Positions 5,428 through 13,246 of a stretch of 32,000 bases of DNA are shown here, in pieces. The notes under the pieces are model-generated. The model did not search any database and had not been told where the DNA came from. It worked only from the letters and a program-made list of their open reading frames with translations. A program made the position numbers and the translations under genes. Positions within the stretch are counted from its first letter, which is position 1, and every line of letters begins with the position of its first letter. This DNA is from Microcystis aeruginosa NIES-843 (GTDB lineage Bacteria > Cyanobacteriota > Cyanobacteriia > Cyanobacteriales > Microcystaceae). The stretch lies in assembly GCF_000010625.1 (NCBI RefSeq), contig NC_010296.1, positions 330,001 through 362,000 on the forward strand. The letters run 5' to 3'.

Positions 5428-8400
5428 CTACTGATTAACATAATTTTTTAGTTCAGGATGTGCTAATAATTTTTGAACATCAGCAAAAATTTTGTTTGTC
5501 CGTAAAATCTTTTTGAGGAAATCAATATTGGCAAGTTGAGAATTAATACTTAAAGCACTTTCAGCGAGTTTTAATGCTTTATCTTTTTCGCCTTGATGAT
5601 AAAAAGCAACGGCTAAAGCTAATTGAATTTCGGCTGATTGATTGTTAATTATTAGTGCTTTTTCCCATTGTTTAATTGCTTCACTTATTGACCCTTGTTC
5701 ATACTTAACTAAGCCGATGCCCATCATAGCAAACCAAGCATTTTTGTTAATTTTAATAGCTTTGTTGTAATCAGAGAGGGCTAATTCGTATTTTTGTTGG
5801 AGATAGTAAAGATTCCCCCGATTGTTGTAAGCCTCAACTAAATTAGGATTAATTTCAATAGCTTTGTTGAAGTCAGCTAAAGCTAATTCGTCTTTTTGTT
5901 GGTAATAGTAAATACCCCCCCGACCTAAGTAAGCCTCAGCTAAATTAGGATTAATGTCAAGAGCTTTGTTGTAGTCAGCTAAAGCTAATTCGTATTTTTG
6001 TTGGAGATAGTAAAGATTCCCCCGATTGCTGTAAGCCATAGCTAACTTAGAATCAAGTTCAATAGCTTTGTTGAAGTCAGCTAATGCTAATTCGTATTTT
6101 TGTTGGTCATTGTAAATATTCCCCCGATTGCTGTAAGCCATAGCTAACTTAGAATCAAGTTCAATAGCTTTGTTCCAGTCAGCTAAAGCTAATTCGTATT
6201 TTTGTTGGTTATAGTAAATACTCCCCCGATTGTTGTAAGCATTAGCATAATTAGGATTAATGTCAATGGCTTTGTTGTAGTCAGCTAAAGCTAATTCGTA
6301 TTTTTTTTGGTAATAGTAAAGCTCCCCCCGACCAAAGTAAGCCATAGCATAATTAGGATTAATTTCAAGAGCTTTGTTGAAGTCAGCTAAAGCTAATTCG
6401 TATTTTTGTTGGAGAAGGTAAATACCCCCCCGACCTAAGTAAGCCTCAGCTAAATTAGGATTAATTTCAAGAGCTTTGCTGTAGTCAGCTAAAGCTAATT
6501 CGTATTTTTGTTGGAGACTGTAAATACTCCCCCGACCTAAGTAAGCCTCAGCTAAATTAGGATTAATTTCAAGAGCTTTGCTGTAGTCAGCTAAAGCTAA
6601 TTCGTATTTTTGTTGGAGACTGTAAATACCCCCCCGACCTAAGTAAGCCAGAGCCAAATTACGATTAAGTTCAATAGCTTTGTTCCAGTCAGCTAAAGCT
6701 AGTTCGTATTTTTGTTGGAGAAGGTAAAGAAGCCCCCGATTGTTGTAAGCCACAGCATAATTAGGATTAATGTCAATGGCTTTGCTGTAGTCAGAGAGGG
6801 CTAAATCGTATTTCTGCAAGTCTTTGTAAAGATTCCCCCGATTGTTGTACGTCTCAGCATAATTAGGATTAATGTCAATAGCTTTGCTGTAGTCAGAGAG
6901 GGCTAAATCGTATTTTTTTTGGTTAAAGTAAAGAAGCCCCCGATTGTTGTAAGCCACAGCATAATTAGGATTAATGTCAATGGCTTTGGTGTAGTCAGAG
7001 AGGGCTAAAATGTCAATGGCTTTGGTGTAGTCAGAGAGGGCTAAATCGTATTTCTGCAAGTCTTTGTAAAGATTCCCCCGATTGTTGTACGTCTCAGCAT
7101 AATTAGGATTAATGTCAATGGCTTTGCTGTAGTCAGAGAGGGCTAAATCGTATTTCTGCAAGTCAGAGTAAAGATTCCCCCGATTGTAGTAAGCCTTAGC
7201 ATCATTAGGATTAATGTCAATGGCTTTGCTGTAGTCAGAGAGGGCTAAATCGTATTTCTGCAAGTTATAGTAAAGATTCCCCCGATTGTAGTAAGCCACA
7301 GCATCATTAGGATTAATGTCAATAGCTTTGCTGTAGTCAGCTAAAGCTAATTCGTATTTTTTTTGGTCAGAGTAAAGATTCCCCCGATTGTTGTAAGCGT
7401 TAGCATAATTAGGATTAATTTTAATGGCTTTGTTCCAGTCAGAGAGGGCTAAATCGTATTTCTGCAAGTTATAGTAAAGATTCCCCCGATTGCCATACCA
7501 AGCAGCACGGGGAGCGAGATCAATTGCCTGAGTAATCGCCGCTAATCCCTCATCATAGCGTTTTAATTGACTTAATACTACATATTTCTCGTTATAGTGA
7601 TTGGGGTTATTGGGAAACAGAGAAATCGCCTGATTAATCACCGTTAAGGCTTGCTCATAATTTTCTAAATAGCGATAAACAACACTTTGCTTTTGTAAAA
7701 TACTACTGTGAAAGTTCTTTAAATCTTCCCGTTTAGGTAAGGTATTAATCGCTTGTTGCAAAGCTTCTATAGCTGTTTGATATTTACCTAAATAACCTAA
7801 CGCCAATCCCTTCCCATACCAGGCTAAATAGACATTCTTGGGGTCATTTTGCTTAATCGCTTCATCAAAGGCTTTAATTGCTTCCTCATACCTTTCTAAC
7901 CGCCATAATTGTCCTCCCCTTTGTATCCAAATATCCGCCTTCGCATTGGTATTAGGGACAATAACACCAGTAATCGCTTGAATAATTTCTTGTTGTTGTT
8001 GCGGACTAACTTGGGGTTGAGCAGTGGTTAATAATTGCGGTTTTACCTTCAATCTTTCTTGCAATCCGATAAAAGTGCTAATGGGAATCCCTAAACTAAA
8101 CCCTAGCTGAATTTTCCCTACCCCTGCTGTTTCCGAACTTCCATGAATCCCTATTACTCTCCCCTGAGAGTCTAAGACTGCACCGCCACTCATGCCCCCA
8201 AATGTGATGCTGGTATAAACTAATTCATAGCCTCCGGTTAAAGAAGCAACACTTTGTAATGTTCCTCCTTGTTCATTGCTTAAGTCACTTTGGCGGGTTT
8301 GTAGTAATCCCCCTTCTTTATCGTGAATTGTACCGCCACTAAACAACCATTTCGAGGGATTGTCGCCAATTTTGGGGAAGCCTGCGGCAAAAACAAAATC

Positions 8401-9567
8401 ACCGGTATTTGGGTTATAATTCGCTATTTCCGCAACGGGATAATTGTCTCGGCTTTCAAACTGAAAAACTGCTAAATCTACCCCTTCCTGCCGGATGATG
8501 GTGCTTTTCTCGATTTTTCGAGTTTTGCCGTCCCTGGTGACGACGGTGTAGGTGAAATTGACACAGGTTTTCTCCTCGGCGATTTTTTCGCAGAGGACGT
8601 GAGCGGCGGTTAAAACTGTGTAAATATTCCCTTTTTTAGCGATAATTACGCCACTTCCATTGGCAATTACGCCACTTCCATTGGCTTTACTGCTACTATC
8701 AATCCGCACGGTGAAACCCTTGGCTTTTGTTTCTAATTGGGCGATATAGACAGTAGGGGCGGTGGTTTCTATATCGGGGTTCACCTGCGGTAGGGGTAGG
8801 TTATAGGCGCTGAGGATTTCAGGACGGATGTAGGTTAATAGGGTATGAAGGGAAATGCCCCAGTTAACCGCTCTCATCTGTTGGATTTCTTCGTCTGTGG
8901 GTTTTGTGCCGTCTTCGTAGGTGTAGTTAGAGAGAATCGGATGGGCCGATCGCCCGTTAATGCCGATTAACTCCCCATCGACAAAAATGCCGCCGCCACT
9001 CATTCCCTGCACGATATCGCCACTATAACCGACGCTGTAGCCATCCCGGAGGGGTCGATCGCTCACCTGTTCGAGGGTTCCCTTTGTCGTCCGATACTGT
9101 CCCGTTTCGGCAACATATCCCGCGGCCACCACTTCTAAACCGATCCTGTTTTGATTGATGGTAAACTTCGCGATGGTGGCGATCGAATAGTCCCGGGTAT
9201 CGCTAAACTCCAGCAGAGCGAGATCTTGATTCTCCGATAGGGAATTGGGGACAATGCGGGCCGCACGGCTGTGGCCGTCGTAAGTTTGTACCTGTAGGGT
9301 TTTCGTGTTGCGGGTAACGTGGGCGTTGGTTAGGACAAGGTAATTATCGCCTTTTTTAGCGATAATCGTCCCCGATCCCCGATTTGTCTCGCTAGTAATC
9401 CGAACGGTGACTCGTTGTAGGATTTGCTCCTCGGTAAGCTCCCGATCGCCCTGTGCCGTCAGAATGGGATGATTAGAAATATTTCCGGCAGCCGGGGTGA
9501 TAAGGGTTAACCCGGGTTGAGGCAGTAGGGAGAAAAGAAGGATGAGGGCGATCGAAGGTTTGATCAT
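5428..9567 (-). CDS. Exported protein with two trypsin-like (S1/Trypsin_2-type) serine protease domains and a long TPR array
   Basis: N-terminal signal-like segment MIKPSIALILLFSLLPQPGL. Domain 1 carries TNAH(83)V, D(115)LALL and GMS(190)GGG. Domain 2 carries TAAH(323)V, D(364)LAVF and GGMS(460)GG. Roughly two dozen 34-aa TPR units run from about residue 545 to 1345. Confidence 0.9.
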   Translation of the reverse strand: MIKPSIALILLFSLLPQPGLTLITPAAGNISNHPILTAQGDRELTEEQILQRVTVRITSETNRGSGTIIAKKGDNYLVLTNAHVTRNTKTLQVQTYDGHSRAARIVPNSLSENQDLALLEFSDTRDYSIATIAKFTINQNRIGLEVVAAGYVAETGQYRTTKGTLEQVSDRPLRDGYSVGYSGDIVQGMSGGGIFVDGELIGINGRSAHPILSNYTYEDGTKPTDEEIQQMRAVNWGISLHTLLTYIRPEILSAYNLPLPQVNPDIETTAPTVYIAQLETKAKGFTVRIDSSSKANGSGVIANGSGVIIAKKGNIYTVLTAAHVLCEKIAEEKTCVNFTYTVVTRDGKTRKIEKSTIIRQEGVDLAVFQFESRDNYPVAEIANYNPNTGDFVFAAGFPKIGDNPSKWLFSGGTIHDKEGGLLQTRQSDLSNEQGGTLQSVASLTGGYELVYTSITFGGMSGGAVLDSQGRVIGIHGSSETAGVGKIQLGFSLGIPISTFIGLQERLKVKPQLLTTAQPQVSPQQQQEIIQAITGVIVPNTNAKADIWIQRGGQLWRLERYEEAIKAFDEAIKQNDPKNVYLAWYGKGLALGYLGKYQTAIEALQQAINTLPKREDLKNFHSSILQKQSVVYRYLENYEQALTVINQAISLFPNNPNHYNEKYVVLSQLKRYDEGLAAITQAIDLAPRAAWYGNRGNLYYNLQKYDLALSDWNKAIKINPNYANAYNNRGNLYSDQKKYELALADYSKAIDINPNDAVAYYNRGNLYYNLQKYDLALSDYSKAIDINPNDAKAYYNRGNLYSDLQKYDLALSDYSKAIDINPNYAETYNNRGNLYKDLQKYDLALSDYTKAIDILALSDYTKAIDINPNYAVAYNNRGLLYFNQKKYDLALSDYSKAIDINPNYAETYNNRGNLYKDLQKYDLALSDYSKAIDINPNYAVAYNNRGLLYLLQQKYELALADWNKAIELNRNLALAYLGRGGIYSLQQKYELALADYSKALEINPNLAEAYLGRGSIYSLQQKYELALADYSKALEINPNLAEAYLGRGGIYLLQQKYELALADFNKALEINPNYAMAYFGRGELYYYQKKYELALADYNKAIDINPNYANAYNNRGSIYYNQQKYELALADWNKAIELDSKLAMAYSNRGNIYNDQQKYELALADFNKAIELDSKLAMAYSNRGNLYYLQQKYELALADYNKALDINPNLAEAYLGRGGIYYYQQKDELALADFNKAIEINPNLVEAYNNRGNLYYLQQKYELALSDYNKAIKINKNAWFAMMGIGLVKYEQGSISEAIKQWEKALIINNQSAEIQLALAVAFYHQGEKDKALKLAESALSINSQLANIDFLKKILRTNKIFADVQKLLAHPELKNYVNQ
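5745..7500 (-). repeat. 102-bp-periodic, near-identical TPR-coding repeat array inside the CDS
   Basis: Two unit subfamilies are seen: NRGNLYxxLQKYDLALSDYSKAIDINPNYAxAY and GRGxIYxLQQKYELALADYxKALEINPNLAEAYL. Many units share runs of more than 40 identical nucleotides. Confidence 0.9.
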
Positions 9568-9595
9568 GGCTTTTACCTAGCTATTTTAAATAGTA

Positions 9596-9626
9596 GAAAA
9601 CGGGTTTCTCCGAGAAACCCGTTTTC
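9596..9626 (-). terminator. Palindromic hairpin element between the CHAT-CHASE2 gene and the protease-TPR gene: possible attenuator/terminator or RNA-processing site
   Basis: On the minus strand it reads gaaaacgggtttc-tcgga-gaaacccgttttc (13-bp stem, 5-nt loop) followed by tactattt, a weak U tract. The same element occurs downstream of ftsH at 16722-16752. Confidence 0.5.
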
Positions 9627-9632
9627 TGTGCG

Positions 9633-12101
9633 TTACTCAACGGATTTAGTATAAGAACGAAGAAAAAAGAAGATACCGGAGGTGGTGAGAAGTGCGATCG
9701 CTGGGGGAATAATCGGAACCCAGAGACCGAAATAACTAAAGAGAAGCCAACCGATACCAGTAAGGGAAATCACAGTGATCGCCACTGTCAAAAGTACCGT
9801 TTTTACCCGAAGAAAACGCCACGTTAACAATCCCCCCACCAGGGACCAACCCAGCACCCAGAAAGCCTCCTGTAGGGGATTCCAGAAAGCGATCGAGGTA
9901 CGTTTTCCTTCCATTGTATCGAGAATTTGACTGACTGCGTGCGCGTGCAAATAAACCCCCGGAATTGCTTCCGATGGGTTGCGACTAAAGGGGGTTAAAA
10001 AATCATCGATCCCGGGTTCTGTTACTCCAATCAGGACAATTTTTCCCCGGACCGATTCGGAATTAAAACCCGGATCTAAAACCTGTTGGAGAGATTTTTT
10101 CGGGGCAATTTTTGTGATTGCATCGCTGCCATTATCGGCGATTCGACGGTAAGCGAGCATAACTTGACGACCGGATCGGGTATCGGATTGACTGGTTCTA
10201 TAGGGGCCGCGGTTGGATTGCAGCCAGTCACCGAGATGAGTATCCCCGATATTAATTTCTAGAATTCCCCGCTGCAGTTTATTGCAGTCAAAATCTTGAT
10301 TCTGGGATTCTAGATATCGTTTGGCAATTAGGAGACTAAAACTAGGAGCATAATCTTTAAAATTACAGGACATTGAGTCAACTGTGGCCAAAGAATCCGG
10401 GGGAAGACAGGGAGATGTGCGATCGAGTTTTGCCTGATATAAAAAACGACGAATTCGGGGAACTCCGGCAATGGTTTCGTCTGGGACTATGTTACTAAAA
10501 CCACTCTGATTTTTTGGCAGTTCCGGGGGTGGGGGAAATCCGTCCGGTTGCGGGTAATTATTAAACTTACAAATCGAGATAAAATTAGGAGTATTTTGTA
10601 ATTGTTTGGCTAGGGGTGGATAATCTTGACTGGCAGCGATGGGACGGAGGATATCTAAGGCGATAATTTGCGGTTCGTAGGGCAGTAATTTATTTAAAAG
10701 CTGCGATAATGCTTCTCCTGCGAGGGAACGTTTTCGATCGCTTCCGGGTATTGTTGGTCTTTTCATACCCATGCGATCTTGATATTCCCAATCTTGGCGA
10801 TCAATGGTAATAATTAATAATCTTTCGTCGGGTTTATCTTTGGGTTTTAGTTGCATCAGGCGATCATAAATATTTAATTCTAAGGGTTCTAAAATTCCTG
10901 TTTCTCTTATTGCCAAGACTGTCATCGTTACGGCTAAACCTAAACCGAAAGTTAGAGCAAATCGTCGCCAATTTTGTTGTTTTTGAGGGGAGTTACTGAA
11001 ACTATGCCAAGTGGGGGGTTCTTCGGTGGGATTGGGGCAAACTACGGGCAGCCAACTGGCACAGGGATAGTCTTTTTCCCAGTCATCGTGCAGATTTTTT
11101 TGGGCTTCATGTACGGCGCTATAGAGAGATTTATTATTGGTAAAAGCGGTTAAAAAGTATTGCAGAAATTTGGGAGAAACGGGATCGGGTAATTTCTCGC
11201 GCATAAAGATTAGATGGGGTAATGCCATCCCTTTTTCCCGTGATAGTTGTTGTGCTAAACCAATACCATCACAGGAGTTAAATATCGCTAACTTTAACCC
11301 GTTTTTAGTGGCTTCTCCCAGGGAAAAGCTAAAATCAGCTATCTTTAATTTATGAGTTTCTGTTAGTTGAATTTCGCAATCTTGACCATCTTCTGTACTG
11401 GCACTATGACCGCTAAAAAAGAGGATATTCCAAGTTTCTTGACGCAATAACTGATTTAATTTTTGCGGGTGAGGGGCTTTTTCCCAGATAATTTCGGCTC
11501 CTGCTTTTCCCGCAATATCGTCTAAAGTTTTGCGATCTTCTTCGAGAAATCTTAAGTCGGTGGCATAGCCTAAAATGGCTAAAATCCGAATTTTTTCATG
11601 ATTTTTTAATTGTCTGGTTAAGGTATCGTATTCTGAGACAATAATGGCTATATCTGCGCCAGTATTTTGGAGGATTTCCCATTTTTCCCAGGGGAATCTT
11701 TGCAGCCAAATATTATCGGTTTGTAACCAGATACGAAAGTTATTGCCAGAGCGCAGAATTGCGGTTTTGATCGGTTCAAATTCTGGGCTATTATTCAACC
11801 ATTTGTTTAAGTTATCCTCAAATAATTTGGCTTTTTCTTGGCAGTTTTTAAAAACTAAACTCTGCTGAGAACTATTGGTAATTTGTTGGGGATTGCTATC
11901 TTTTAAGACTTTAAAAAATCCCTCTAATTCACTATAGTGACGTTGCCATTGACGGTAAAGAGTTAATAACTCTAAATTAGCTGGTAGCCTTGCTTTGATC
12001 ACAGTTTGGGGACGAGAATTAAGATCGGGACGAATTTCTAATTTTACTTTAAATCCCCGATCAAATGTGCCATCTAGTTCGAGAGTTAAGAGTTTAATCA
12101 T
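9633..12101 (-). CDS. Membrane protein with an N-terminal cytoplasmic caspase/CHAT-like domain, one TM, an extracytoplasmic CHASE2 domain and three C-terminal TMs
   Basis: FFSGH(232)S and IFNSC(277)DG form a His/Cys dyad in an alternating beta-alpha context. TM1 is FALTFGLGLAVTMTVLAI (381-398). A ~350-aa segment then matches the CHASE2 position and length. Three hydrophobic helices follow, and the protein ends at residue 822. Confidence 0.7.
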   Translation of the reverse strand: MIKLLTLELDGTFDRGFKVKLEIRPDLNSRPQTVIKARLPANLELLTLYRQWQRHYSELEGFFKVLKDSNPQQITNSSQQSLVFKNCQEKAKLFEDNLNKWLNNSPEFEPIKTAILRSGNNFRIWLQTDNIWLQRFPWEKWEILQNTGADIAIIVSEYDTLTRQLKNHEKIRILAILGYATDLRFLEEDRKTLDDIAGKAGAEIIWEKAPHPQKLNQLLRQETWNILFFSGHSASTEDGQDCEIQLTETHKLKIADFSFSLGEATKNGLKLAIFNSCDGIGLAQQLSREKGMALPHLIFMREKLPDPVSPKFLQYFLTAFTNNKSLYSAVHEAQKNLHDDWEKDYPCASWLPVVCPNPTEEPPTWHSFSNSPQKQQNWRRFALTFGLGLAVTMTVLAIRETGILEPLELNIYDRLMQLKPKDKPDERLLIITIDRQDWEYQDRMGMKRPTIPGSDRKRSLAGEALSQLLNKLLPYEPQIIALDILRPIAASQDYPPLAKQLQNTPNFISICKFNNYPQPDGFPPPPELPKNQSGFSNIVPDETIAGVPRIRRFLYQAKLDRTSPCLPPDSLATVDSMSCNFKDYAPSFSLLIAKRYLESQNQDFDCNKLQRGILEINIGDTHLGDWLQSNRGPYRTSQSDTRSGRQVMLAYRRIADNGSDAITKIAPKKSLQQVLDPGFNSESVRGKIVLIGVTEPGIDDFLTPFSRNPSEAIPGVYLHAHAVSQILDTMEGKRTSIAFWNPLQEAFWVLGWSLVGGLLTWRFLRVKTVLLTVAITVISLTGIGWLLFSYFGLWVPIIPPAIALLTTSGIFFFLRSYTKSVE

Positions 12102-12116
12102 TAAGTTTTTCCTCGC

Positions 12117-13244
12117 TTATACTTGTAAATATTCGGTGACTCTTGCCGATTCTAAAGCCACTTCAATGAAGAATTTATCCCCCAATTCAGCATCAAATCG
12201 ATAACGAATAAATTCATCGTTATCTGTGGCAATTACTTCTCGAAAAACCTGACCATTTTCGGTGAGAATAGTTAATTTTAAATGGGGGGGTAAAGTGCTT
12301 GTTTCTCCGGTGGGGTAAACAGTCGCTTGCAGGCTAAATACTTCTTCAATTTTAGCGATAGTAATCATCAAAGCGAGGGAATTTCCCAGTAATTCTATTC
12401 CTAAATCTTTGATGCGTTTAATTTCTGTATTTTTGAAAGCTGGAACCAGTGACAGTGAGCTAAAATCGAGGATACTTTGCCAATCAATGGGGAAATTATC
12501 GGCAAACCAATTGGTTAACTTGACGGGGGATTTTTGCCGACGGGTAATTAAAATTTTTCTCCAGTTACTATTGACGATAACTGCTGCCCATTCCTGAAAA
12601 GTAACGGCTTTTCTGGGAAAGATTAACTGAGGATTAGCTAAGATGTCTAGTAAGGTTGTCAATCTATCTAAAGATAGTTTTTCTTCCATCTTTTCCGGTT
12701 CAATCTTAACTGGTTGTAATTGACACTCTCCCCATAAATTCAAAGAATCTGATCCTGATTGCAGTTGATTTCTCGGTAGAGAGTAGTTAAGATTACGCTT
12801 AATATATTGTCCTTTTTCCTTAATATCTTTATGGGTAGTATAACCCCAAATTCTCAGATAACTTTCGGCAGTGTTTACCTGTACCGCTAGATAATAATCA
12901 CCAATTAATTGAGGAATATCTACCCATTCTTGAGGAATTTCGATCGCTTCTAGATCCAGAGTTTCGCTGGCAATAACTATTACTGACTTTTCGCCTAATT
13001 TAACGGTAAAACCATTAACTCCTAGTTGCCAGAAATCCTCTTGATTTTCTACTAAGCTAACCCCAGGCATCCCTGACTGTAGATAGTTAAAAATAACTTG
13101 TTGACAAAGATAATTAACATAAAATCTCTGACGAATACTGGCATCAGTAAAACTGGCACTTTTTGCCCAACTGATCTCTTGAATATCTGCGGGTATTTCT
13201 AGCCAAATGCTATCAGGAGTTAGTTCTAACCAATCATTAACCAT
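12117..13244 (-). CDS. DUF1822-like protein, function unknown
   Basis: The track ORF reaches 13295, but the ATG at 13244 (MVNDWLELTPD...) is preceded by GGAGGA at a 6-nt spacing and sits 2 nt after the upstream stop. The N-terminal pattern ...RQRFYVNYLCQQVIFNYLQ and ...DYYLAVQVNTAESYLRIWGYTTH resemble what I recall of the cyanobacterial DUF1822 family. Confidence 0.55.
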   Translation of the reverse strand: MVNDWLELTPDSIWLEIPADIQEISWAKSASFTDASIRQRFYVNYLCQQVIFNYLQSGMPGVSLVENQEDFWQLGVNGFTVKLGEKSVIVIASETLDLEAIEIPQEWVDIPQLIGDYYLAVQVNTAESYLRIWGYTTHKDIKEKGQYIKRNLNYSLPRNQLQSGSDSLNLWGECQLQPVKIEPEKMEEKLSLDRLTTLLDILANPQLIFPRKAVTFQEWAAVIVNSNWRKILITRRQKSPVKLTNWFADNFPIDWQSILDFSSLSLVPAFKNTEIKRIKDLGIELLGNSLALMITIAKIEEVFSLQATVYPTGETSTLPPHLKLTILTENGQVFREVIATDNDEFIRYRFDAELGDKFFIEVALESARVTEYLQV

Positions 13245-13246
13245 AA

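Noticed and set aside
4128-5434. Track ORFs 4128-4355(+), 4198-4404(-), 4986-5180(+) and 5099-5434(+), with products such as ...PRKPNKKIQTDL... and MLGLLG...
   Set aside because: They lie entirely within the REP/hairpin repeat modules and overlap each other on both strands. They are translations of repeat DNA, and the same peptides recur wherever the repeat recurs. I do not call them genes.
5745-7500. Regular 102-bp periodic repeats that could superficially suggest a CRISPR-like or satellite array
   Set aside because: They lie inside a long open reading frame and encode canonical 34-residue TPR units. There is no repeat-spacer structure.
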